Positions 41,116-56,350 of a stretch of 64,000 nucleotides of DNA are shown in pieces. Position 1 is the first letter of the stretch. Each line of letters starts with the position of its first letter. The stretch is from the human T2T-CHM13v2.0 reference genome, Homo sapiens, in NCBI RefSeq assembly GCF_009914755.1, contig NC_060936.1, one strand, 5' to 3'. A program made the translations under genes and the position numbers. A model generated the notes under the pieces. It worked only from the letters and a program-made list of their open reading frames with translations, did not search any database and was not told where the DNA came from.

Positions 41116-43599
41116 AAGTTTTATTTAAAACTTCAATATTCAATAATTTAATTTGCAGTTGGGCCTTTGATTCAAATATGTAATTTAAATGTATTATTTA
41201 AAACATTTAAAATCTGTATTTTTCCAAATTTTGCATTTAATTTAATCCACATTTGTGGGAAAATAATTTCAAACTTTATCCCCTCTTAAATATTACTTTA
41301 TTCTTTAATCCTTTAGGTCATTTACTTCAAATAGAATACAAATAATGATGTTATCTTGGCTTTAATAATAAAATTAGTGATTTGTTTAAATGTAGCCAAG
41401 AAAAATGGATTTCTTAGAATAAATAAGAAATAATTTGTGAATTATGTGTATCTTTATTTTGTTCTTCACCCAAACACTGCCAGCCCATCAAATTAACATT
41501 CACATACACCCAATAATAATTAAATTCAGTCATCCTGAAACCTTGGCTACTTTAGCCATATAAACATCATGGCTTTATACATATATTTTTATTTTGTCAT
41601 TTAAATATACATTTGTCAAGGTAGAAGGGTAGAGCGTATTTTATATAGTAGTTTGTTAGCTTGTGTTGTGGCTTTTAAAACATCTAGACTAGTCATAAAC
41701 CTTGCTAGCAGATATAGACAAACCATCAGAATAAAGTCAAAATGTACTGGGTTATGATTCCAACACTTGGAGAAACTCTCTCTACTGGTAGATGATATTC
41801 TTGTTTACAGTGTGGACACAGGGAACATTGCTGATTTAAGGCTTCATAGAGATGCAAAACATGTACATATTTATTTGTTCTTTGGAGTATAGGCACTCTC
41901 ATACTCTTTTACCCAGTGACATATAAAGGAGATTTCTCCTGTGGCTCCATAACCTAATTCTAGTTACTATTACAAGATCCTTCTCCTAGAAATGAAAGGA
42001 CTTTTTTTATTTGGGGAGAATGAAATAAGAGCCACCAATCTTCTTTCTAGAGAATTCTATAGTCTCTTTTCTTGATGTTCATTTCTAGAACTCATGCATT
42101 TTTTAACCATCTTTGATTTCATTTATATCTTCTTCATATCTGATACCTCTCCAGCAGCATTCTATTTTTTAATTAATAAACTTCATTTTTAGAGTAATTT
42201 TAGGTTCACAGCAAATTGAGCAGAAAGTACAGAGTTCCTGTATACTCATTGTCCCCAAAGCACACAGCTTATCACCATCATGCACCAGAGAAATTGAGCA
42301 GAGGGTTCCCCATATACTCACTGTTCCCACCCACAACCTTTCCAGCTATCAACATCCTGTACCAAAGTGCTGCATGTCTTATAATCAATGAGCCTACGTT
42401 GATTCATTGTTATTACCCAAAGTCCATAGTTCGCATCAGAGATCACTCTTGGTGTTGTACCTTCTGTGGGTTTTGATAAATGTATAATGGCATGTAGCCA
42501 CTATGGTAGTATTTTACAGAATAGTTTCACTGCCGTAAAATCTTCTTTGCTCTGTCTATTCATTGACCCCCAAACCCCCTGCAGCCCAGATCCTGGCAAC
42601 CACTAATCTTTTTACTATTTCCAACTTTTTTACCTTTCCCAGAATGTCATATATTTGGAATCATACAGTTCATAATCTTTTCAGATTGGCTTATTTTACT
42701 TAGTAATATGCATTTAAGTTTCCTTCATATCTTCTCATAGCTCATTTCTTCTCATCAGCACTGAATAATGTTCTATTGTCTGATGTAGTTTGAGTACCAC
42801 AGCTTATTTATACACTCACCTACTGAAGGACATGTTGGTTTCTTCCAAGTTTGGGCCATTATGAATAGGCTGCAGGTTTTTGAGTAAACATGTTTTAAAT
42901 TTGTTTAGGGAAATAGCAGAGTGTGATTGCTAGGTCATACGGTAAGAGTGTGTTTAGTCTTATAAGAAAATGCCAAACAGTCTTCCATAGTGGCTGTATC
43001 ATTTTACATTCCCATCTACAGTGAATAAGATTTCCTGTTGCCACACATCTTCACCAGCATTTAGTGTTGTCAGGGTTTCTGATTTTGGATTTAGACCATT
43101 CTAATAGGTGCATAGTAATTTTTTGATTGTCATTTTAATTTGAAATTCTTTAATAGCATATCATATCAAACATGTTTTCATATGCTTACATGATATTTGT
43201 ATATATTATTTGATGAAGTGTCTGTTCAGGTCTTTGGACGTTTTAGTTGGGTTGTTCATTTTCTTATTATTGAGTTCTAAGAATTCTTTTTATATTTTGG
43301 ATAACAGTCCTGTCTTTTCTAAATATTTTCTGTTGGCCCAAAGCTTGTTTTCTCACTCTCTTGACATTAAATTTTGCAAAGCAGAAATTTTTAATTTTAA
43401 TAAAGTCCATCTTATCATTATTTCTTTCAGCAATCACATTTTCAGTGTGGTTTCTAAAAAGTTATCACCATACTCAAGATCATCTAGGTTTTCTCCTACA
43501 TTATCTTTTAGGAGATTTATAGCCTTGCACTTCACATTTAGGTCTATAATTCATTTTGAGTTAATTTTTGTGAAGATGTAGGTGTGTGTCTAGGTTTGT

Positions 43600-43630
<31 letters not shown>

Positions 43631-45850
43631 GCATGTGTATGTCCAGCTGTTCCAGCACCATTTGTTGAAAAAAACTGTCTCTGCTTCATTGTATTGCCTT
43701 TGCTGCTTTGTCAAAGATTAGTTGGATATATTTATAATGGTCTATTTCTGGGCTTTCTATTCTGTTCCATTGATCTAGTTGTCTTTTCTTTTGTCAGTAC
43801 CACACTATCTTGATTACTATAGGTTTATAGTAAGTCTTGAAGTTGAGTAGTGTCACTCTTCCAATTTTGTTTTTCTTTAGAATTGAGTTGGCTCTTCTGG
43901 GTCATTTGCCTTTTCATATAAACTTCAGTTTGTCAAAATCCACAAGGTAACTTTCCGGAATTTTTATTTGGATTGCATTGAATCTATACATCGAATTGGA
44001 AAAAAATGACTTCTTGACAAATTAAGTTTCCTATCCATGAACATAGAATATCTCTCTGTTGATTTCGTTCTTCTTTGATTTCTTTTATAGAGTTTTGTAA
44101 TTTTCCTCATATAGATCTTGTATATAATCTGTTAGACATCTACCTAAGTATTTCTTTTTTGGTGAGGGGGAGGATTGCTATTGTAACTGTTACTGTGTTT
44201 TTAAATTCCACTTGTTCATTTGTGGTATATAGAAAAGTGATAGACTTTTGACTATTAACTACGTATGGTGCAACCTTGTTATAATTGCTTATTAGTTCCA
44301 AAAGATTTTTTAATAGATTCTTTTGAATTTTTTACACAGACAATCATGCCATCTGATTGAACAGTTTTATTTCTTCCTTCCCTATCTGTGTACCTTTTAT
44401 TTTCTTATTTTATTGTATTAGATAGGATTTCCAGTATGATGTTCAAAAGAAGTGGTGAGAGGGGATATCTTTGCCTTGTTCCTGATCTTAGAGGGAACGT
44501 TCCAAGTATCTCACCATTAAGTATGATGTTAGCTACAGGATTTTTGATAGCTGTTCTTTAACAGTTTGAGGAAGATCTCCTTTATTCCTAGTTTTATGAG
44601 AATTTTTATCATAAATGGGTGTTGGGTTTCATCAGATGCTTTTTCTGCATCTATTGATATAATCATGTGATTTTTCTTCTTTAGCCTTTTGATATGATGA
44701 ATTACATTAATTGATTTTCAAATGTTGAATCAGTCTTGTGTGCCTCGGATAAATCCTACTTGGTCATGATATACAACTATTTTTATATATTGTGGAATTT
44801 GACTTGCTAATATTTTGTTGACAACTTGTGCATCCATGTTCATGAGAAGTATTGGTCTGTAGTTCTCTTTTCTTGTAATGCCTTTGTCTGGTTTTGGCAT
44901 TAGTGTAATACTGGCCTCATAGAATAAGTTAGGAAGTATTATTCCTGTTGCTTCTATCATCTGAAAGATACTTTTGAGAATGGATATAATTTCTTCATTA
45001 ACTGTTTGGTAGAATTCCCTGGTGAACCAATTTCGGCCTGGTTCTTCTTGTTTGGGAAGGTTATTAATTATCAATTCATTTTCATTAATAGATAGGACTT
45101 ATCAGATTGTATTTTTCTATTTGAATTTTAGCAAAGTTTGTCTTTCAAGGAATTGATCCAAGATTATGAAATTTATAGGCATAGAGTTGTTTATAATATT
45201 CCTTTATTATCCTTTTAATGTCCACAAGATCTGTAATTGTAACACCTTTTTCTTCTTCAATATAAATAATTTGTAACTGCGCTCTTCTTTTCTTAGCCTG
45301 GCTAGTGGCATATCAATTTTCAAAAAACAACTTTTGGTTTTGTTGATTTTTATCTATTAATTTCCTGTTTCAATTTTATTAATTTCTGCTCTAATTTTTA
45401 TTCCTTTTTTTCTTCTGCTTATTTTGAATTTAATTTGCTCTTCTTTTTCTATTTTCCTAATCTAGAAGCTTATATTGGGGATTTTAGATCTTTCTTCTTT
45501 TCTAAAATATGCATTCAATGCCATAAATTTGCCTGTAAGCACTGCTTTTGCTGCATGCCACAAACTTTACCCAGTTGTATTTTTATTCATTTAGTTCGAA
45601 ATAATGTTAAATTTCTCTTCAGGTTTCTTCTTTGAGCCATGTGTTATTTAGAAGTGTGTTGTTTAATCTCCGGGTATCTTGGCATTTTCCAGCTACCTTT
45701 CTATTATTCATTTCTAGTTTAATTCTACTATGGTCAGAGAGCAGACATTGTATGATTTCTGTACCTTGATATTTGTTGAGTGTATTTTATGGCCCAGAAT
45801 GTGTTCTATCTTGGTGAATGTTCCATATGACCTTAAGAAGAACATGTATT

Positions 45851-46202
<352 letters not shown>

Positions 46203-46863
46203 TTATATTTATTTCATCGATGGTGCTACTGAGTTCAGATATGTTCTTATTTATTTTCTGCCTGCCAAATCTGTCTATTTCTGATAGAGGAGTGTCAAAA
46301 TCTCTTAACTACAATAGGAGAGTCCTCCATTTCTCTTTGCAGTTCTATCAGTTTTTGCCTCATGTATTTTTACACTATGTTGTTAGGCACAAACATGTTA
46401 AGGATTGTCATGTCTTTTTGTAGTAGTGACATTATTATTATTATCTAATATCCCTCTCTGTTCCTGATTAACTTTCCTTGATCTGAAGTCTGCTTTATCT
46501 GAAGTTAATAAAGCTAATACCCTTTCTTTTGATTAGTGTTTGCATGGTATATATTTCTCCATCCCTTTGACTTATATATGTCTTTATATTTAAAATGGAT
46601 TGTCTATACAACATATATTTGGGTTTTTGTTTGATCTGCTCTGGTAATCTCTTTTAATTGATACTTTTAGACCATTGATGTTTAAGATTATTATTAATAT
46701 AGCTGCATATTGATATATCATATTTGTTACTGTTTTATACTTGTTACCCTTGTGCTTTGTTCCTATTTTTGTCTTCTATACTTTTTCTGCCTTTTTTGGT
46801 TTTAATCGAGCATTTTATATGATTCTATTTTCTCTCCCTTATTAGTATATCAATTATACCTCC

Positions 46864-47900
46864 TGTGAAATAATAAATGTATATATTGGTCTGTTTACTG
46901 TCCCTGGCACAGAGCTCCAAAAACCCTTGTAATTTCCTGAGCAATAGAGATGCTAGGATAATTTTTTTTTCTAATGTTTGGTCTCTGCCCAATTCCTGAG
47001 ATAGAGTTTCTAATATGTACGTAGGGGTGCTAGGATAATTTTTTGTTCTAATATTTGGTATTTGATCTTGTTTCCTGACATAAAGCTCCTAAAACTTCTA
47101 TAATATCCTGAGTAATCGAAGCATAGGACACAGAGCTCCTAAATTCTTTTGAAGTTCTTGGGTGACAGGAGCATCTTTTGTTTTAATGAGGTAACTCTTG
47201 GTGTGCTCCTGGATGGGTGCTGGTCACTAGGAAGACCAAACCATGATTAGCTTAGAGCTTTCAGCTTCATTCTCCATACCCCAGAAAGGAGAGAGAGGCC
47301 AGACATGGAATTAAAAATCAATCATGCCTACATGATAAAACCCCTATAAAAATCCCTGAACTATGAGGTTCAGAGAGCTTCTGGGTTGTCAAACACATCT
47401 ATGAGCTGGAGGGTGATGCATCCCAACTGCATGGAGACAGGAGCTCCCTCCTGCATTGGGGCCCTTCCAGATCTCTCGCTATGCATCCCTTCATCTGGCT
47501 GTTCATCTGTGTCCTTGATTAAATCCTTTATTAGTAAAACCAGTAAACATAAATAAAGTGAAAGTGTTTCCCCTAGTTCTATGAGCTTCCCTAACAAATT
47601 AATTGAACCAGAGGAGGGTGTCCTGGGAACTCCCAATTTATAGCCAGTCAGTGAGAAGTAGAGGTGACAACCTACTGTTAGCATCTAGGAGTGGGAGGCA
47701 GTATGCGGCACAGAAACTTTATGGGCTATGACTCTAACTCCAGGGAGATCATGTCAGAATTTAATTGAATTATAGGACACCCAGTTGGTGTCTGCTGGAG
47801 AGTTGCTTGGTGTATGGGGAATATCCCCCTCACATCTGGTATTAGAAGGTTTGTGCTCAGTGTGTGAACACAGAAAATGCACTAGGTTTTTTCCTATCTT
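46864..47900 (+). mobile_element. MER21-family LTR
   Basis: Repeated CACAGAGCTCCTAAA / GTGCTAGGA blocks; AATTATAGGACACCCAGTTGGTGTCTGCTGGAGA. Confidence 0.8.
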
Positions 47901-48992
47901 TATATTCCCTTTTTAACTTTTTTTGGTGATTGCCCTAGAGTCTACAACATATGCTTACAACTAATCCAAATCCACTTTCAAATATCACTATACTATTTCA
48001 CAGGTAGTGTAAGTACCTTATAATAACAAAATATTCTCAATTCCTCTCTCCCATCCCTTATATCTTTGCTGTCATTTGTTTCATGTATACAGAAGCACAC
48101 GCAAGCATATATATGCATATAAATTGAATACATGATTGCTATTATTTTAAACAAATTGTTATCTGTTAGATCAGTTAAGACTAGGAAAATGAAAGGTTTT
48201 GTTTTATTTTCACTTATTCATTCACCGATGCTCTTCCTTTCTTCATGTGGATGTGAGTTTCTGATCCATATCATTTTCCTTCTCTCTGAAGAACTTCTTT
48301 TAACATTCCCCTCAAGGCAGTTCTACTGGCAACAAATCCCTCATTTTTTTATTTGTCTGAGAAAGTCTTCGTTTTTCCTTCTTTTTTAGAAGGATTATAT
48401 CACAGGGCACAGGATGTGAAGTTGGTGTGTCTTTTCTTTCAGCGCTTTAAGTAAGAGAGGATTTTTTCCTTAATATTTACTAGGAGGATATGAAAAGAGG
48501 TCCTTAAGGTAGAACTCACAAAATTGTGTTTCTGGGGGTGTCTTCTCCCTGGAGCTTTTAGCTCTTACACTTGTCAATACCAAGCCTCCAGCAATTCATC
48601 ATTTATGGTTTAGGTTTTCCTACCCTGACACTGGTTCCCACACAGGTTTCTGCTCTGGTAAGTTGTGATTCTCTTATCTGCCCATCTGTCTCTCCAATTT
48701 TGAGGGTAGCAGTTTGCCCTGTGACCTCACTTCTCTGACATATCTAAGAAAAGTGATTGATTTTTCAGTTTGTTCAGCTATATACTGGTTAGGATGAAGT
48801 GGTGCCTCCCAACATACTTTTTAATTAAAATTTTTAAATATAATTTTGCATATGTGCATAAATACAACTAGATGATACCTCGAATTGTGTTTCAGTCTTT
48901 TTCTTTGTTCTTCCTTGCCTGGTAGTCCTCTCTCACTCCCCCACCCCCATGCATTAGTGCCTCTTTTCCAACAACCAAAATAATGTTAATAA

Positions 48993-49314
<322 letters not shown>

Positions 49315-49911
49315 ATAGACCTATATTTCTCTCTATATATAAACATATTGAAAGTTTTTTGACAATGGTTTAAAGGCAACAAGGTCATATTATAAATGTC
49401 TTTCATATTGTTACTTTCTTCGCAAGCTAAACCTCATGGAAATTAGTGCAATCCAACTGACAAAGTTATAATTAATTCATTTTAAGGTCTGCATAATAGG
49501 CAATAGAGAGAATATGCCTTTAGTCAATTCAGTGGTAACCATGTTGTATTCTCAGTATGGATTCTCCTAATGTTCTCAAGAGCATTCTCAAAAGACCTTT
49601 GGTGTTTATAACCCAAGGTTTAAAAAACCACCAACTTAAGAGTGCACCACACACGGGATCAGGAAACCTGGGTTTAGTCTTCACCTGTTATGCTTTTATA
49701 ATTGTCAGAAAACAAATTGTGTTACTTTCAAAGATATGTATATCTCTAGACGGGAATAAAAGACAAGAAAAAAATCTGTAAAAATCCATAACTACCTGCT
49801 TCACAAAATGGCCAATGAAAAATAATTTTCCTTATGCAAAAAACTCCTCAGTAAAGCACAAAGTAAGACTCTGCTGTATTCCTGATGCTACTATCCCCCC
49901 ATCTAACTGAC

Positions 49912-50533
49912 TATGGCAGGCAGAATTCTAAGATTACCACACTCTAATTTATATGTCCTGTCTAGTCCCTTCTTGAAAGGGGGTGACACTGTGAATATGA
50001 TGGATTGCACTGCTGTGATCATATGTTATATGATGACAGTAAAGGCTCCAAATCAGCTAATTTTGAGTTAATTAAAAGGGAGATCATCCTAGGCAGGCCT
50101 CATTTAATTGGATGTCAGCCCTTAAACAGGGAGGGTCAGAGATTTAAAGAGAAAAAGTGAGAATTTCTTCTGCTAGCTTTAAAGAAACAAGAAACCACAT
50201 TGTGAGATGGCACATGGTTAGCATCTGAGGATGGTCTCTGAGAGCTGGAAGAAACCTCTGGCCAACAGCCAGCAAGGAAATGAGGACATCAGCCTTAAAG
50301 TTGCAAGGAACTGAATGCTGCCAACAACCAATGAAGAGCCTGGAAGAAGAGCCAGAGTCACAAAAGAGATCACACAACCTTGGGCTGACATTGTGATTGC
50401 CACATTGTAAGCAAAGAAACCAGTTGTGCCATGTCCGGACAGCTGACCAACAGAACTTTGAGATAATTAAAGGAAATTGTTATAAAACACTAGGTTTGTG
50501 GTAAGTGATTAGAGAGCAACAGAAAACTAACGT
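49912..50533 (+). mobile_element. MLT1 (E/F-like) MaLR LTR
   Basis: GGCAGGCAGAATTCTAAGAT start; CAGCCAGCAAGGAAATGAGGAC; AGCAACAGAAAACTAA end. Confidence 0.78.
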
Positions 50534-50713
50534 GGTGACCTTACATGAGATATATAATGTACAATCTCCAACACTATAAAGAAAAATAGTAGTCCAAAGC
50601 ATGAGCTTTCTGGTTCTAGAATAGCATATTTTTAGAATTCTACTGTAGATCAAAGTCAAAGCTTTGTTTCAATTAACAGAACCAGTACTTATTTTAAAAT
50701 AAATAGCACTGGG

Positions 50714-51079
<366 letters not shown>

Positions 51080-51265
51080 TCATTAGAATGATCTGACATA
51101 TTATTTGAGGTATGGCATGTTTTGTAGGCATGTTGCATCTTAAATGAGAACCTCTAGGCAGATTTACGAAGAAACGTTTGTTTAACGGGGTTGAATGAGC
51201 AATAGTGAGGGAGAGAGAACACTGAAAGTAGAAGACAGTTATCATAATCTGCTTCTCAACATTGA

Positions 51266-51640
<375 letters not shown>

Positions 51641-51964
51641 TGAAACTGAATTCATATTAACAGGAGTTGCATGCACACCATGTATGAGGGTCCAGAACAA
51701 TGGATCTCATTGAGAAAGATCAGAACTTGTTGCAGTTTTAGCTGCATTTGGGCCTATTGGAGAGTTTGGTTTTGAAGATGATAAAATCTTTAGCATGTCC
51801 GTTGCTCATCCCTTCAAAAGTGGCTAAGAATGTTAAGAGAATGCTATCAAAATACCTACTTGAAATGGTATGAAATCATACATCACTCTCCTACAAAAAA
51901 AAAAAAAAGTAAATACATGAAATTCCACCCAAGACAAATTTCCTGTAGGACTGCCATAACAAAC

Positions 51965-52363
51965 TGGTGCAGGAGTTTTTTCTCCTTAGCTCAGCTAGGT
52001 CTGGGTTCTTTTCTCATGACCAGGAAAAATTAGGCATGTGGACACTTGAAGAGTGAGTGGAATGCAATTTATTAAGCGAAAGGAAAGCTCTCAGCAAAAA
52101 GAGGGATCCTGAAAACAGGTTCCCAGTTGCCCCCTTCACAGTTGAATATAAGAGCTTTTACATACAAGCTGATGGAACTGGATTCCTTATTTGTATAAGA
52201 CACAAATTCCTGTTGGCTCCATCCCATTCCCCCAGTGCGCATGTGGGCATGTTTAGGCAAGCCCCCTGTACAAGTTCCTTTATCTGCTCAAAATATGGGT
52301 TGGAGGTTCTCTGGGGACTCTTCCCTTACTGTCTGCCTAAAGCAGGCTGGCTAACTCCTTTCA
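51965..52363 (-). mobile_element. MER61-like (MER4-group ERV1) 3' LTR
   Basis: Minus strand begins TGAAAGGAGTTAGCCAGCCTGCTTTAGGCAGACAGTAAGGGAAG, preceded by a polypurine tract (TTCCCCCC on +). Confidence 0.7.
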
Positions 52364-53146
52364 TTCCCCCCATCAGAAGTGGAGACTCAGGCCGCTGTTG
52401 GGGAAAGTGGGCGATGACTGCTCTTAACTGCTTCCTGCTGACAGGGTTTTAAACAAATTGTTAATCTCAGGCTCCTCCTGAGTCTGTTTAAGGGTCCCCA
52501 GAAGAATGGCACATCCATGTGTGGTTCCATTTGCATCACCATTTGAAGTTTAATGGCCTCTAAGTAAGAAGAAACAATTTAGCTTATTAGAAGACATGTA
52601 TCAAAACGAAACAAAGGTGGGTAAGGGCAGCTCAAAAATCCCTAGGCTGTCAACACAACCTGATAACTGGTGACTATAGTTATGCCTGCTAAGATTTCGG
52701 TACATGGGGCTCGGCTTTGGTTAGCTCCCTTGATCTTATTTTCCTAACAGAGAAACCTCCTGGTTATAGGCATCCTATTTACTCATACCACCTGGCAGGA
52801 TTTGCAGGATAATTGCCCAGAACTAGAATACTCATCCAGATTTTTACATTACCCATCCCTTTTGTTTTTTCTGAGCTGCAGCCAGAGACCACTGGTTGGT
52901 TCACAGGAATAAGCAGAGTTAGTCTAAAATGTAGGCAGAAACTTAAAAAAAAAAAACGATGAGATTAGAATTTAATGACAAGTGTGTAAGTTTTGAAACA
53001 TAAGTTTTCTCTCTCCAGTCCTCATTTTTGTCAAAAACAAATCATGATAGGACTGAGTTGTTTGCAAAATAAACTTTAGTCTCATGGTTGGCCTGGTTAT
53101 TTGCATAAAGTATAGCAAGAATAATCATTTTTCACATAGGCCTTTT

Positions 53147-53588
53147 TTCACTCTGTGTGAAGAGACCACCAAACAGGCTTTGTGTGAGCAATAAAGCTTT
53201 TAATCACCTGGGTGCAGGCGGGCTGAGTCCAAAAAGAGAGTCAGCGAAGGGAGATAGGGGTGGGGCCATTTTATAAGATTTGGGTAGGTAAAGGAAAAAA
53301 GGGGGTTGTTCTCTGGCAGGCAGGAGTGGGGGGTCACAAGGTGCTCAGTCAGGGAGCTTTTTAGGCCAGGATGAGCCAGGAGAAGGAATTTCACAAGGTA
53401 ATGTCATCAGTTAAGGCAAGGACCAGCCATTTTCACTTCTTTTGTGGTGGAATGTCATCAGTTAAGGCAGGAACAGGCCATTTAAATATCACTTCTTTTG
53501 TGATTCTTCAGTTACTTCAGGCCATCTGGATGTAGATGTGCAGGTCACAGGGGATGTGATGGCTTAGCTTGGGCTCAGAGGCCTGACA
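53147..53588 (-). repeat. HERV-H 3' LTR (LTR7)
   Basis: GTGAAGAGACCACCAAACAGG...GGCTCAGAGGCCTGACA, next to the polypurine tract TTCCTCTCTTCTT. Confidence 0.95.
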
Positions 53589-54108
53589 TTCCTCTCTTCT
53601 TGTATTAATAAGAAAAATAAAACATAATAGTGTTGAAGTGTTGGGGTGGGGAGAAAATTTTTTTGGGGGGTGGCATGGATTGATAATGGGCGATGTTTCT
53701 CAGGGCTGCTTCGAGCGGGATTAGGGGCGGCGTGGGAACCTAGAGTGGGAGAGATTAAGCTGAAGGAAGATTTTATGGTAAGGGGCGATATTATGGGGTT
53801 GTTAGAAGAAACATTTGTTGTATAGAATTATTGGTGATGGCCTGGATACTGTTTTGTGTGAATTGAAAAACTAAATGGAATAAGAGAAGGAGAAAAACAG
53901 ATATTAGACTAAGAATTGGGAGGACCCAGGACATCTAATTAGAGAGTGCCCAAGGGGGTTCAGCGTAATTACTTGCTTGGTTGGTGAATTTTTAGGCTCT
54001 ATCCAAGTTTTTGGGGTGCAGTTCAAGTTGGGCTGGTGTCTGGAATGAGACTGGGACCTAATAAAAAGGAGTGTCTATACAGGAGCTCAAATGGGCTGTA
54101 ACCTATAG

Positions 54109-54463
<355 letters not shown>

Positions 54464-54479
54464 AGTCCAGTCCTTTTTA

Positions 54480-56350
54480 AGTTGGTGGCTGAGCTTGGTG
54501 AGGTGTGTTTTTAAAAGACCATTAGTCCGTTCTACCTTTCCTGAAGATTGAGGACTGTAAAGGACATAAAGGTTTCACTGAATACTAAGAGCCTGAAAAA
54601 CTGCTTGGGTGATTTGACTAATAAAGGCTGGTCTGTTATAGGACTGTATAGAGGTGGGAAGGCCAAACTGAGGAATTATGTCTGACAGAAGGGAAGAAAT
54701 GACTGTGGTGGCCTTCTTAGACCCTGTGGGAAAGGCCTCTACCTATCCAGTGAAAGTGTCTACCCTGACCAAGAGGTATTTTAGTTTCCTGACTTGGGGC
54801 ATGTTGAGTAAAGCTAATTTGCCAGTCCTGGGCAGGGGCAAATTCCTGAGCTTGATGTGTAGGGAAAGGAAGGGAGGCCTGAGCAATCCCTGAGGAGTAG
54901 TAGAATAGCAGATGGAACACTGAGAAGTTATTTCTTTGAGGATAGATTTCCACGATGGAAAAGAAATGAGAGGTTCTTAGAGGTTGGCTAGTGGCTTGTG
55001 CTATAGCATAGCCTGCCTTTGCTGGTGTGTGGCAATTAGGCCTGGTGGAACTGCCATCAATAAACCAACTGTGATCAGGGTGAGGAACAGGAAAGAAGGA
55101 AATATGGGGAAATGGGGTGAATGTCAGGTGGATCAGAGAGATACAGTCATGGCGGTCAGGTGTGGTATCAGGAATAATGTGGGAGGCCGGATTGAAGTCC
55201 GGGCCAGGAACAATGGTAATTGTGGGAGACTCAACAAAGAGTGAGTACAGCTGAAGGAGCCAGGGAGCAGAAAGTATACGTGTCAGGTGTGAGGAAGAAA
55301 ATAGGTTTTGGAAGTTAAGAGAACTGTAGAGAGTGAGTTGAGCATAGTTTGTGATTTTAAGGGCCTCTAAAAGTATTAGGGTGGTGGTAGCTGCTGCACG
55401 CAGACTTGAGGGCTAGACAAAACAGTAAGGTCAAGTTGTTTGGATAAAAAGGCTACAGGATGCGATCCTGGTCCTTGTGTAAGAATTCTGACTGCACAGC
55501 CCTGCACTTCAGCTGTGGGTAATGAAAAGGGTTGGGATGAGTCAGGGAGAGCTAGAGTGGGGGCAGTCTCTAAAGTTGTCTTCAAGGAATGGAAAGAGGA
55601 GTGGGGAAAGGATTTAGGATCTATGGAGTCAGCTAGGTTTCCTTTTGTGAGTTTATATAATGGTTTTGTTATAATGGGAAAACCAGGTATCTAAAGTTGA
55701 AAGTATCTAACCATGCCTGGGAAGGAAAGGAGTTGTTTTGTAGAAGGTGCTGGGGTTTGAGAGATCAGTCAGACATGACCAGCAGGGAGAGCACGTGTGT
55801 TTTTATGAGAATTATGCCATCATAGGTAACAGATAAGGAAGAAATTTGGGCTTGACTGAAGTAATGGGGGCTGTCTGTGAAGCCTTGCAGCAGTACAGCC
55901 CAGGTAATTTGCTGAGCCTGATGGGTGTCAGGGTCAGTCCAAGTGAAAGGGAAGAGAGGCTGGGATGAAGGGTGCAAAGGAATAGTAAAGAAAGCAAGTT
56001 TGAGATCTGGAACAGAATAATGGGTTGTGGAGGGTATTGAGGGTATTAATAATGGGTATTGAGGATAGGAGAGTATATAGGTTTGGCACCACAGTGTGGA
56101 TAGGCAAAACAATTTGGTTGATAAGGCGCAGATCCTGAACTAACCTGTAAGCCTTGTCTGGTTTTAGGACAGGTAAAATGGGGGAATTGTAAGGGGAGGT
56201 TATAGGCTTTAAAAGGCCATGCTGTAGCAGGTGAGTGATAACAGACTTTAATCCTTTTAAAGCATGCTGTGGGATGGGATATTGGCATTGAGCAGGGTAA
56301 GGGTGATTAGGTTTTAATGGGATGGTAAGGGGTGCATGATCGGTCACTAA
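54480..56350 (-). pseudogene. HERV-H pol remnant (RT, connection domain, integrase), frameshifted and deleted
   Basis: QYPIPQHALKGL...YNSPILPV...YRLVQDLR; QGFTDSPHYFSQA; PTLALPD...PVAFLSKQLD; QDWQISFT. Confidence 0.88.
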
